NCBI GenBank assembly: GCA_024704765.1
Contig: JAKMXF010000313.1
Coordinates: forward strand, 347,515 to 411,514
DNA: 64,000 bases
Direction: 5' to 3'
DNA from: Oopsacas minuta
Taxonomy: Eukaryota > Animalia > Porifera
The notes beneath the pieces are model-generated. The model searched no databases. It had not been told where the DNA came from and saw nothing but the letters and a program-made list of their open reading frames with translations. Below are positions 1 through 12,339 of the stretch, piece by piece (within the stretch, counting starts at the first letter, position 1; each line of letters opens with the position of its first letter). The translations under genes were made by a program, and so were the position numbers.

Positions 1-273
1 ATCTTGTATTAATCAACGGACCTAGTATTATTTTATGAGTATTACTCTGAGCACATGAATACATCTTATTCGTATACTCCAAACACAAAGAAAATCAGAG
101 AAGAATCCAAACCAATGTAAATTACGCAGTTCTGACAAATTGTTTCAAGATTCAAATCCACGTGACAATAAAAAAAAAAGGTAATTAATGTGGTAACAAT
201 TACTGCTTATTGTCCATCGGTTACGCCCCACTTCACTGGAAGACTTACAACACCCCAGACCCACAGCTGTAGT

Positions 274-1021
274 CAGTGGCGTAGCCAGGTTCTATAGTCA
301 GGGGTAGTGAGTACTAGAAAAAGGCGTCAATCCCAAAACCAAATAAATACTCTATCATCTAAATTATCCAAAAAATGCTATCTCAGTAAATAAATGTTTA
401 TTTAGGGTTATTAACATCATCATCACACACGCTAGATAAATATAAAAACGCAAACTATTTTAGGATATGTTCCAACTGCTTTCGTCTAGGCTTTATCCTA
501 GCGAAATAATCTATTATTTTATCATTATCCACTTCAGTAGCCAAACTTCTTTCAATGGAAATCAAAGCTAACCCTCACAATATTTCCCCATCAATAGTAG
601 ATATGATTCAAAGAATAATACTTTATGGTTGCATAATACTGAATGTGTATGGAGGTGTTTGAATAGCAAAGCTAGTTTCATGCAAATAAAGATCTACACT
701 TTACAGATGTACTGTTACACGCAATACATTTATGATATATCCAATTCTAATTGAATGCACACATTAGCTGACTATAGCTAATATTGCAATTTATGGAACA
801 CCGGACAAAAACTTTCAGCAATTCAATCTATAACCGAATACAGTGGAGTCTCCCAAAACGGACAGAAACCATGTCCCCAACGTGTCCGTTATTCGGATAA
901 TATACATACACTCTTTTCCCAAATATTGAACCGATAAGGATGTAATATAATCATTTGAAAATGCGGAGCAAATGCGTCCAGGAGGAGCGATGCTCCCCTG
1001 CTCCCCCTGGCTACGCCACTA
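274..1021. mobile_element. Non-autonomous hAT element (MITE)
   Basis: TIRs CAGTGGCGTAGCCAGG (274-289) and CCTGGCTACGCCACTA (1006-1021, terminal mismatch); identical 8-bp TSD GCTGTAGT at 266-273 and 1022-1029. An 8-bp TSD is diagnostic of hAT. Confidence 0.85.
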
Positions 1022-1160
1022 GCTGTAGTGGGGTCGTGTATATGTGACTGGGGCCCCCAATGTTCTCCGAGATGCCACATCATTACTCCAAGGGGCCAGA
1101 AAAATGTCAACTTTCTGGGCTAATTACTAATCTAACTTTATTTCTTTCGATGGTCTAGAA

Positions 1161-1219
1161 CAGTGGTTCTCAACTTGGGGTCCGTGGCCCTAAAAACGTT
1201 TATAGGTTGAGAACCAATG
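1161..1219. mobile_element. 59-bp hAT (Charlie/Buster-type) mini-MITE
   Basis: TIRs CAGTGGTTCTCAAC / GTTGAGAACCAATG (13/14); identical 8-bp TSD GTCTAGAA at 1153-1160 and 1220-1227, matching the NTCTAGAN target preference of Charlie/Buster hATs. Confidence 0.85.
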
Positions 1220-1649
1220 GTCTAGAACTTGTTCCCCACCAGATTGAATTTGTGCCCCCCAGATTTCAAAGCCACATGACACCACTGCCCAGTTGGATGG
1301 TTATACCCAACTAGAAATTTATAGATTTGCCACTAGGCTTGGCTCCTCCTAAACACATGAAAACAACTTCCCTCTCTCCTGCCCCCTGGAAAATTCCGCC
1401 CCCCCCTTAGGGGAAAAATTCTGGCGACGTTCTTGACTTCAGTCGACATTCGATTGAGTAGAATGAAAGTTTGATGTACGAAATACATAAAGTATCCATT
1501 GTATGAACCATATGCTGCCATATGATAAGTCAGGTAGACCTCTGGGCTGCCTAGACTTATCCGGGTGCTCGGGTCGTTTTACGACGCCTATGATTAGAAT
1601 GGAATGTTAACTTTTAATCCTCGAACTAAGTGCCTTAAATTTCAGTAAC

Positions 1650-1824
1650 CTTTTCCAAATTTAGCAAATTTATCTTAGAATTCCCCACTTAAAGAGGTAA
1701 ATTCAATGGAGTAAGGGATGATTATCTCTAAAGTATTCCCCATTACCCTGGTTATAGAGGTTCGTTTCTATGGAATTCAATGAAGACGGGCGAAAATTGC
1801 CCCACTTATAGAGGTTGCACTGTA
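1650..1824. mobile_element. Tc1/mariner-pogo-like MITE terminal fragment
   Basis: Ends in GAGGTTGCACTG followed by TA. A homologous copy at about 48950-49170 ends GAGGTTCCACTG-TA. Related TA-CAGTGGA ends occur at about 839, 2751, 14120, 36450 and 54620. Confidence 0.55.
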
Positions 1825-3655
1825 TTTATAGTCACTAACTCTAACCAGCCCTTTAATAATATCAGAGTAATTAATGTTATCATTAATTAATTAGACTAGT
1901 ATACACTTCAATATTATCATCACCAGCTCTTATACTTTCTGTGATTTACAAGATGTGCTGACTCGGTTACTCATGACGACATTATCTCAAATCTAAAATG
2001 GTGAGTTAACTGATTATCATAGATATTGTTGATGATCTCCAAGGTGTTCATAAATTTTTGATGCATCAAAAGTGGAAGTCATCAAATTTTAGCCTACCTT
2101 CTTCAGTTTGGTTTTTTATAATAACAGTACACAAACACATATCATCTATAGTCACCAAAGATATAGTACGATTTAGCTTGTTTGGGTAAACTAAGAAGCA
2201 CAAACTATCAAATATATTCGATTGAGAAAATTAACAGTATAGGCGGCTATTTACAATTTGCTACAGACATTTTCACTATTTCGGACTATTTGGAAGATTT
2301 TTGGGTATGAAATATATAAAAATAATCCATATTAATGAGCTATCCTAAGGTCATCAAACACGATGTTCTAAAAATACACCTTATCCAAATATTTTAGGCT
2401 AAATTTTTGATGACATAGAATCTAACTTCAATCTATGTTGAATATACAAGTAATTGGATCGGTAACGCATAATTGTCAAGTCTCACGGATTGTAACCAAG
2501 TCTCACTTTAACTTTTACATTCTCACTTTAAAAATCCTCAAAATTTAATGTCATAACTGTCAAGTTAACATGAAAAGAACAGTGTTAGGTCATTATGTTA
2601 GCTAAAATCAGATTGGTAATCCTCATATTTTATTTGTTTTAAAAAAACTCGCTAAAATAACAATAATCTTGACGATCTCACGGATCGAAATTTCAAAATT
2701 TGACAACTTTGTTAATGATTCCTAGTCTCACCAACTAAACAGCTTTATGGTACAGTGGAACCCTGCATAACCGACATTCGTTGGGACATTAACGAGTGTC
2801 GGTTTATGTGTATATACAAATTTGTTTGATACTTAACAGGACTGTACGCACTATATAAGGGTTCATTTGGTTCGAACGAACCCCGGCCCCCCTTTACACA
2901 GAAATATTTTATTTGTTCGCTCTATAGTAAAGTGGATTAAAGGTCTTGTTTGGCTTTTTCCTGATATACCTTTAATGGTTCGAATTTGAAATACTATCTT
3001 AATACTGCATATACGAATTCATCCACAGCTTGAATACATGGTTTGTCTTATTCGCAGTATTCTCCTGCAGACATTTGTCAGGATGACTAAGAAGTTAGAA
3101 CGCCTCTTCTCTAAGTCTAAGCCCAAAGTATCTAGTTGATCTCTAGCCCAATCGGTCCCCTTTCACTTCCCTCTCTAAAGTTTAAGAGACTTTTAGAAAA
3201 CAACTATATATTATATATTTGTGCTTTCGCTATGCACCCAGGATATTCATTTCTATCAATCGAATATTCTTCGATCAATTCAGTTCTGCTTTCTCCTTCT
3301 TGATTAACTCATCATAATTACTCGTATATGGATATACATTACAGACTTGCCAACCCCTCGTTATCAATCCCTTGATTTTAACAATTTCCCTCGATTATCC
3401 AGGGAAATACTTGGATCTCTTAGGCCGATAATCTAGTGCTGAAAAGGTTAGAAGTTGCATTGTTGCGTCTCCTAATGTATATTTCATTGATTATGGGATG
3501 ATCAGAAAATTGATATACGAAATATTTTATTACTTTAGGGAATAGCTCATATTTTCTAAATTCATTTATGAACATCTGAAACATAGACTATGACAGATTT
3601 TAATCTATCTCTGAATATATGATATCTGAATGCTAGAACAGAGTAAAACAATTTG

Positions 3656-3780
3656 GTTCTGACAAGTGACAGTTGATCCAAATATCGATTCGGACAAGTG
3701 TCAGTTGACTACGATTCGGATAAGTGACAGTCACGAGTATTCTGACGAATGCCAACTGGAAAATTCTGACAAATGCAGCT
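3656..3780. repeat. Degenerate short tandem repeat (approx. 25-30 bp unit, core ATTC[T/G]GACAAGTG[A/T]CAG)
   Basis: About five imperfect copies visible by eye. Confidence 0.5.
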
Positions 3781-5122
3781 CCCCTCATTCATTATTCAAT
3801 GTATCCGATTTCAACTTGTAATATATGCGTTGTGACCTTATAAGCAAAAGATAATACAAGTTTACAGTTAGATATGTAAGAATTAAATAAGAAATTACTG
3901 TTTACTATTGTTTGGCTTATTTCGGCATATTGTACCCGAGCTATCAAATATGAATAGTAAATGAATTTATGGAGTTATACTTTACTCTATCACAGCTGTG
4001 AGCCAAATTATATTTCATTTTCTAATCAAGAAGAGGATCTTAAATCAACTCTTAAAATATAAGAGATTTCTATCACACAGTTTTGAGTATAAAGAATTTA
4101 TTTGTATTTAACTCTTTGGACATTTTTTAGGTTTAAAAGTTAATTAAATAATTAATTAACTCTACTCCAAACCCAATCAAGAACCTACCAATACATATAT
4201 GATATATTATATAATATTTAGAGGAATAAAGAGTATAGAGAACCTGACAAGAGTATGTTAATAGAAGTTCGAGGATAATTACTCAATAGTTAATACTTAG
4301 ATGCCAAGTGTTATCACCAAATTTCAAGACAAACTGCTAAATACACACATAGATGTAACCTTTTTCATCAATCCGTGAGATTTCTTCAGAAGTTCCGTGA
4401 GATTTGGCATCTCTACATCAAAATTACAGTGGAGGAGACTAAATAACGTGAGATTTTAGAGCCGCTAAAATCCGTAAGACTACGGATAACCCCATTAGTT
4501 TGTTATCTCTGTACACACTTCAGAATAAATTTATACATTCCACAATCCTACGACTAAAGTATTCAGTATTCAGTCAGGGACAAGCCAAGGAGACTTGTTT
4601 GTAGGAAGAATAATAAGTTCTCATAAGAGAATTAATTGAAGCGCTGATATCGGAGCTGTTATCTAGCTCACCTTATCATACTAGGATTATGATCAGTTAT
4701 TCTAAGTCCTATCATTTGAATGCATTTGTATGCAAATTCTCGAGAACCTCCTAATATCTTTTATATATCTATCCGTCAGTCCTCTCTAAGTTTTGTCATA
4801 TATCCATGGTATCATATTATCTTCCTTAGCACTTAAAGAATAATAGAAATACTGTTATACTTGTATCGAGTTTCAATATTGTTTTCAGAATTTTTGAAAA
4901 TTCTTCACTCTTATGCTTGGTATTTTTCCTAATTTTACATTTACTGAGTCATATCAGGGAAATTAATAAGATTAATCATATTTAATTATTAAGAAGAACG
5001 CTTCAATGTGCTAGATTATCAAACTATAAATGGAAAAAGTTTTCTACGAACTAGATATTGCATGTAATGTGTTATTTATTGCCGTATTTCTTATATTGAA
5101 GTGTATAGCTGACTATTTGATA

Positions 5123-8100
5123 ATGGCGGCTACTAGCGGCTCGTTAGCCTTTGGTGACAATTTAACAGTACTGACGAAGAAAGATCTTGTCGAAGAATTG
5201 AATAAGCGAAATCTTAAAACGGTTGGAACTAAGGGTGTCCTCATAACCAGACTGAAATCTGTTCTCAAGAAAGAAAGTCAAGAAATGACAGAACCATCCC
5301 CTGAAATGGAAATACCGGAACACAAAGACGTCAGTCAAACAAACATAGATACTTTAAATTCATCAAAAGAAGACGAAATTCCTCTTCCTACATTCATATC
5401 CCCTGATTATGAGAATATTGATTCTGCTCAAGGATCCCCGGAGGATAAATTTGAGGATGACCAAGAGTCCAAGAAAGAACCTTCTCAAGAAATGGAAGAT
5501 ATTAATCAACAGGAGAAAGATCTGATGGATATTAGTAGTTCCTATTTTGAGCAGATTGATTCTATGTCAGACACTGGTGACCAACCAGAGGGTGTGTCAA
5601 ATGATGCAGAGTATGAGGTTCTAAGCGATAAGGAAAATCCTGAAGACTTTGATGATTTCTGTCCGATAGAAGGAGACAGCTACGAACAAGACATGACTGA
5701 ATTTGTCCAAACGGAAGGAGGAGAATTCATACCAGATCAGCCTCTGCCTTCTGAAGTATCTGAGGTGTTGTTGTATGAAGATGAACCAGCTGATCTAGAG
5801 GTTATTGACTATCAGGGAGGTGATGAGCATACAGAACCTATAGATTCACCAGATGAAGAGTTCCGCTTAGAGGGACAGGAACCTATATCTCCGTGTGATT
5901 CAGAGGAGTATCCTGTGGTCCTTCAAGAAACTACTGAGAAAAAGGAGAATAAAGCTAATTCAAATCAATCGAATGAAGATGAGGTTATACTCGATGTCGG
6001 AGGTGAAAAACTGGAAATCGATAATGTCGCTAAAAAGGATAAGTTTGATAAATACAAAGAAGTTAAGAATCAAGATCCTGAATGTAATCTCTGGATTAGT
6101 AACTTGTCAGAAGATACACGAGCTAGTACACTCAAGAATAAATTTACCCCACATGGCAATGTCATATCTGCGAAAATAGTCGCTAACGCATCGAAATCTG
6201 GCGAAAAGAACAAATTCTTCGGTTATGTAATTATGAGTAATGCAGAAGAAGCAGCTAAATGTATTCGAGATTTGACTAACTCAGAGATTGATGGAAAGCA
6301 GGTAATAGTTGAAATTGCTAAGGCTACTCTTCCTAATGTTGTTTCTAGATCTGGGAGGCTAGAGGAGAGAGAGAAGAGAGATCACTCAGATCGGGGGGAC
6401 TCCAGTCGATCTGGGAAGAGAGATAACTTTCAAGGTCGCAGGATAATTCTTGTAAGAGGAGAAAACGGACAGAAATTAGTGCGGGTTAGAGACAGCAATC
6501 ATTCAGCTGATAGTAGAACACATTACTCCTCTGTTAGACAGGTTAGAGAGGTTAGAAATGTAAGATCTCATCGTAGTGCCTCTCCTCGTGACCGCAGGAT
6601 ATCTATAGACAGACGAAATAGGTATTCTCCGCCTCCAAACCTCAGAGAAATGCATTCCAATGATCCATATCGTCGTCGTGTGGTCAGCAGGGATTATCCT
6701 TCATCCTCAAGCGGAATGGACAGCAAGAACTACGGATCTTACAGAGGACGTGGTTTGCATCAGGATTCTGGTTATGGTCGTGACGTATATTCCTCTCCGC
6801 GAATGAACCACTCTATGCGAGGGGTGGGCATGCATTCGCCGAGGTCGTTTGACCCCACTGGTGAGAAATCTAGGAGAGATGAGGATAAGAGGAGAATGGT
6901 TGACGAGATTAGAAGACATGAACAGCTGGAGAATGAAATTCGAAAACGCGAGCAAAGAGACAAAGAACGTCTATTGAAACAAATGCATGCTAGGGAAGCC
7001 GTAAAGGAGCAAGAATTTCGTGAGAGAGAAAGACAACTACATGAACGAGAACAAAACGAAAGACAGAAGAGAATGATGCTTGAAGAAGCACTCAGAAGTA
7101 AGGAAAAGAGAGAACGAGAATTGTTAAAAGAAAAGGAAATTCAATCAAAAATGTTGCAAGATCGAGAGCGTCTACTCGCTAAGCGCGACAAAGATGCTCA
7201 AAACCTGACTCAACTCCAACAAGAGTTGATTATCCTTGAACAGAAGCAGAAAGATGAAAAGTTAAAACTCGAACAAAGGTTGAAAGAGTATCAGAACAGG
7301 GAGAAGATTTTTGAAATGGAGCAACAGGATAGACATAGAAAGGATATGGAAGCTAAAGTTAGAATGGATGAAGACCAGGAGAGGAGAATGAAAGAGTCCA
7401 AGAAGCGTTATGAGGATATGTCTACCCCAAGACAAACAATAAAACGACCTTTCGAAGAATCAAGAAGAGAATATTCTGAGAAACGGGTAAGAGATGATCC
7501 ACATAGTCAGTTCTATCCTTCTGGAGATAATCAGAGATGGAAGGATGTTGACCGATCGAAGGGTTCTGCTCCTAGCCACGCCTACAGGCCGGATAGTTAT
7601 CCTAAGAGAGGAGCTCCTCCCCAGCACTCCACCCACTCCTCTGGTCACGGGACTCGTTATCCCAAACAATCTGAAGATTACTACGATAATACTGATTCAG
7701 GTAGCCATTCTTATTCCCATGCTACTCGACCATACTCATCGCGTGGTGGGCATTCTTATAGGGGTAGAAACTTTCCAACCAAATATTCAGACAATGAGAG
7801 ATCCATGGTCCAGTCAGGCCAGAGCAAGAAAATGAGGGATCACAGTCCCTCCCCCCAGGACCGTTATTCTTATCCTCGGTCAGAGCGGCACTCTATGAGT
7901 GGGAGTGGGAGTCAGTCTCACAAGTCTCATTCAGACAGTCGGTCTGGTCCGCCCTCAGGGTCTTCCGGGATGGGAGGCAGACAGAGTGACAGATACGGAG
8001 AGAGGCAGTCTAGTGGAAAGAGCATGCATCGTGACAGCTCAGGACACGGGATCGGTGAATGGCACTCTCGCTCTTATGGCTCCAGTTCAGGGCAGCAAAG

Positions 8101-8335
8101 TGGATACTCAGAACAGAGACCTCTTTCTTTTGACAAGCTCCCTAGACCTCCCATGCCCTCCTTTAGTCTCCCACCCACCCCTGTCTTGCCTGGAGCACCC
8201 GGTGGCTTCATGAATCCGAGTGCTCTGGGGCACAATGCAGCTGCTGCTCTACTCACAAGTTTCAGTCTCCATCAGCATCAAGGAGCTCTCAGGGCCCCCT
8301 TCCAGCCCAATTTCAATCCTAACTACAGACAGTAA
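5123..8335 (+). CDS. SAFB: Scaffold attachment factor B / SLTM-like protein (SAP + RRM + coiled coil + RS/RG-rich tail), intronless
   Basis: SAP motif LTKKDLVEELNKRNLKTVGTKGVLITRL, acidic linker, RRM NLWISNLS...FGYVIM, charged coiled coil and Arg/Ser/Gly tail. The ORF opens at 5030; MAATSG at 5123 is the more plausible start. Confidence 0.85.
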   Translation: MAATSGSLAFGDNLTVLTKKDLVEELNKRNLKTVGTKGVLITRLKSVLKKESQEMTEPSPEMEIPEHKDVSQTNIDTLNSSKEDEIPLPTFISPDYENIDSAQGSPEDKFEDDQESKKEPSQEMEDINQQEKDLMDISSSYFEQIDSMSDTGDQPEGVSNDAEYEVLSDKENPEDFDDFCPIEGDSYEQDMTEFVQTEGGEFIPDQPLPSEVSEVLLYEDEPADLEVIDYQGGDEHTEPIDSPDEEFRLEGQEPISPCDSEEYPVVLQETTEKKENKANSNQSNEDEVILDVGGEKLEIDNVAKKDKFDKYKEVKNQDPECNLWISNLSEDTRASTLKNKFTPHGNVISAKIVANASKSGEKNKFFGYVIMSNAEEAAKCIRDLTNSEIDGKQVIVEIAKATLPNVVSRSGRLEEREKRDHSDRGDSSRSGKRDNFQGRRIILVRGENGQKLVRVRDSNHSADSRTHYSSVRQVREVRNVRSHRSASPRDRRISIDRRNRYSPPPNLREMHSNDPYRRRVVSRDYPSSSSGMDSKNYGSYRGRGLHQDSGYGRDVYSSPRMNHSMRGVGMHSPRSFDPTGEKSRRDEDKRRMVDEIRRHEQLENEIRKREQRDKERLLKQMHAREAVKEQEFRERERQLHEREQNERQKRMMLEEALRSKEKRERELLKEKEIQSKMLQDRERLLAKRDKDAQNLTQLQQELIILEQKQKDEKLKLEQRLKEYQNREKIFEMEQQDRHRKDMEAKVRMDEDQERRMKESKKRYEDMSTPRQTIKRPFEESRREYSEKRVRDDPHSQFYPSGDNQRWKDVDRSKGSAPSHAYRPDSYPKRGAPPQHSTHSSGHGTRYPKQSEDYYDNTDSGSHSYSHATRPYSSRGGHSYRGRNFPTKYSDNERSMVQSGQSKKMRDHSPSPQDRYSYPRSERHSMSGSGSQSHKSHSDSRSGPPSGSSGMGGRQSDRYGERQSSGKSMHRDSSGHGIGEWHSRSYGSSSGQQSGYSEQRPLSFDKLPRPPMPSFSLPPTPVLPGAPGGFMNPSALGHNAAAALLTSFSLHQHQGALRAPFQPNFNPNYRQ

Positions 8336-10118
8336 TCTGTCTATCCTCTCACTAATTCCTAGTTAGTTAAGAAAGAAAAACTTAAGACAAATAGTGAATA
8401 CACAGTAATTAGTTTATGTTATTTAGAGCTGTTAGTTATAAACAAGGTTTGAACTCTCCAGAATCTATTCTCATTCTATCAAGATTTGGATTATTAATCT
8501 TGTCCTTCTAATTGCAATTGTGGAACAGTGATATAATAATACCCCGAGTACCCATTATTCATAAAAATACTACATTTACTTCTCAGTAGTTTATCATATC
8601 GAGTATGGAATGTTTACAAATATGGTTAAGCAATGAGTTATTGATTACGTATCTATTTTGTGGAAACTTGGCACTAATGTTGTATCTGTCGTGGCCGCGT
8701 GTGCAAGGTGCTAGGTGTCCCAAGTGGACTATTAGTGAACATGCCTATTTATGGAAGTAAACTTTATGGACAATTCGACAATTGAGTATTTGGGTAGTTA
8801 ATTAGAGAAATAGACATTTAAAATTCACGCATTGTATATCAAATGGAAATATACCAGTTTATAACAACATATTCAGTGTCTCATCAATTCCCCTCAAGTT
8901 AATTGATATATTCAATTTTATAAGCGTTGCACTGATCTAGCTATTTTTACGAATACAGTTACTCCATTATCCTGCTACAATTCGCTTTATGCTTGATATT
9001 ACTTTGATAAGGATTGTCAGCCGAGGGTTTGTCAAAACCAGCCCTAACCCTCACTATCTAACATTGGTAATTCCAGCAATATAGTTCACTAAAATATCCT
9101 TGCTTCTGCCACATTTTGAGGCTGAATACGCGCTTGCCTTCCTCCAAGACTTAATTTTCCAGTATTTAGAATCTAAGAAACGAATTTCCAATTACAGATT
9201 CAAGATATGAATTTAGCAGAAAATGTTTGGAAGATAAATAATGTAATATAACGATATTCTTAGTATATTTGCATACAAGCTTCAAGAATAAAATTTACAG
9301 ATAATATTTATTTTTCTTCAACCGGGGTTCTCAATAGGCGGGGCAAATCTGCCCGCGGAAGAATCTGAGATTGACATTTTGTTATTTCATTTAGTGTACT
9401 AAGCTAAGGTCGAGAGCTCCTATGTATTTATCATGAATATTTCTATCTTATACCGGATAATTGAGTTCTTAATCCTGAATATGGTGATTAGTCTGCCCTA
9501 CAAAGCTCAATCATGACCCTGATATACTGCTGAATATCTCCCCGAAAAGGCCGACTGAAAATGTGTTATTACCATACATCTCGAGAAATATACTATTAAA
9601 TGCAATTAATCTGTATGTGTTGCGTCACTTGTGTGTATAGCTATGTTTGTAAGTTCGGAATTGATTGAAGAAACTGTAAGACCCTCAGGGCTGATTTTTG
9701 GCACATCCCTTTAACTGCCATATATTATTATGGCGAATTTGTTATAGTATTTAACTGCCCCTTTTAACACTATTTTCTTTGAAATACAATTTAGTTATAT
9801 CCCTATGTCTGATTTATTTCTCACCTTCTAGTTGGTGATTACTCAGCATTGTATTCTCTTCACTAATATATAGTTGTCATTGACAAAATATTAGCCACTT
9901 ACAATATTTTCACAGATTTGTGATATATTCTTACGTAAGATTGGTATACTATACATATAGCTATAATCCTTGGTTATACCTACTGATTTCAACAATTTGA
10001 CGGTAATTTGATAATTTATCTTCATTTTCTGCGAATTATTATGATGACGTTGCTAATCTCATTTTGGGCACATTTATAGTAACAAAATACTTCGTCATTC
10101 TATTCAAAAAAATCAGTT

Positions 10119-10890
10119 TTGACGACTGATAATGATTCTGTTATGGAATTTCTCCTGATCGATCAAGTCAACCGACTAGGTTTATGCATCCAGATAGCCC
10201 AAGAATTAGCGATGTTTCCAGTGAATCTTACTGTTCCTTTTCCGATGATTCCGATAGTAACTTATATGCTCATCAAATTATCGAGTCTACTGATATTACC
10301 CCAAATTCACGCCTGAATGATTGGAATGATACTCCATCAATGAAATCAAGCACTTCATCAGTATTTTACTCTGCTTTGGTCTAGTTTCCCTGTCACATAT
10401 TTCTTCATATTGGAAAAAGTCAAAGCTATACAATAACAAACTAATCCCTTACTTATGGGTAGAAATAGATTCGAAATATTAATCAGAATGTGGTACTTTG
10501 TGGATAATGAGGATCGTGATATATTAGATAGATTGGCAAAAATATGTCCATTGATTACTATGTTATCCCAAAATAATAAAGAGATTTATAATCCTGGAAA
10601 AATATTGTTATTGATGAAAGTATGGTAGCCTGGAAAGGTAAATTATTCTTTCGTCAATATATAAAGCGCAAGAAACACAAATATGAAATCAAATTGTTCA
10701 AATAATTTGATTCCATATTTGTGTCGAAAACGCTTCTACATATACATTTGAAGTTTATTGTAGTGCTAGGGAAATTTAGGAGAAGGGACAGGCTTACAGT
10801 ACAGTATACGCAATAATCGGAAAGGTATACCAAAGGTTGTAAAACATCAAAACTAAAGATTGGTGAACACATAGCCAGGGCATATATACC
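10119..10890 (+). pseudogene. piggyBac (PGBD4-like) transposase remnant
   Basis: Frame-shifted translation gives MGRNRFEILIRMWYFVDN, IVIDESMVAWKGKLFFRQYIKRKKHKY (DDE_Tnp_1_7-like motif) and NNRKGIPK; stops and frameshifts present; TIRs not found. Confidence 0.8.
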
Positions 10891-12339
10891 CAATATTTAT
10901 GAACAAATATGTAGAAATATGGGAATTGAGGCAAAACTTAGCACAAATATATTCTTAACATGAATATAATGGCTGATGAATGAAAACGAATGCATAGGAT
11001 AAATGTATAAATGTTGGAGGCCAATAATAACATTTTTCCGAATTGTCAGTCTTAGATGACTGCGCACGGGGGTATCGTCAGTCACCGATGACTGACTGAC
11101 AAGCAGCTAAACTGTTGTATCTGCTAGGGTAAATGTTGACACTTGAAACATGTTGTTTTCACATCTCAGAGGTAGATGTTGACGTTATAACTTTCAGGAT
11201 ATTTTCTTAAATATATTTTATGGATTCGTTTTTCTAAATAGCATTTTATGGCCTCTTAATAGGAAATTTTCATTATAATATACTAATGCTATCAAATGCA
11301 AATGTAAGAATTATAGTAGTTTCCGGATGAAAATACATACCCTATATGATTTTCGGAATTATCCCAAGATGATACCGATAACCGATGATAGGTCTGCCAG
11401 TTATAATAGAGCGTCCCGAACTGAAATATTTGTCAGTGGATTCGACGGTCCTATTATCATAAACTGAGTAAAGCCAGTTCACTCAGTTTATGATAATTGC
11501 AAACTGTTTCCAGATACAGATATGCAAAAACTTTTCGGTAGGCTTTATGATCATCCCTTCTCAATGAAATTATGCCAAATGTTCAATTGAAGTCGCGTTA
11601 ACCACTGAGAAATACAAAATATCAACTGACTTATTCTATTCAATAACTAGTATGTTGTATAGTAAGTATAACTATAACGGGCTCGTCAAAAGGTCTTCAA
11701 AGATCCCATTCGTCAAGCATGTTCTACTACTAAATATTTGTAAAATTTTGGACCTCGATAGCCATATTGACAAATAATACATACTGGGCCAGATGAAGGT
11801 TAAGTAACCTGGTCAAATATTTGAGCGATTTGACCTGACCTGAAGTGACCTGATTCAGGTTACTTCAGGTCATTTTCAGCTAATTTACAGGTTATTTGCA
11901 GGTCATTCAGAATATTTTTAGCTTATTTCAGGCTTCATTAAATTTACGCTATTCTTTCTTTTTTTGATAATCTTACCTTGCTAATCCCGTCACTTAATTA
12001 ACTTGTAAATTGAGTAGAATTACAGGCAGCCCTCACCGTTCGCGATGTATTCCCTCGATTATTCGCGGTTTTTGTTCCGAGTTATGTCAGTTTGATAGAA
12101 AATTTGCAATTTTTATATTTGTATGCATTACTATGGCAAAAATGTATGTTTTATCGATGAACAGCCCACTTACATTGGACATTTTATCTAATTCCAACAT
12201 TTCTAGTGTTTTTGTGGTATTTTAATCACGTGAAAACAGAAACTTCTCTTCTTAACAATAAGCAAGTTTTAGCCTCTTATGCTTACACAAGTAATATTTT
12301 AACTCAGTGAATACAATTAACCTTTTTTAAAACTCATAA

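Noticed and set aside
5895-8256. Short overlapping and antisense ORFs inside SAFB (likewise inside ATAD5, CK1-gamma, CCT4, RBSN)
   Set aside because: Shadow ORFs from the codon structure of the main frame; no recognisable motifs.
9042-9051. CCCTAACCCT as an interstitial telomeric repeat
   Set aside because: Under two units; expected by chance.
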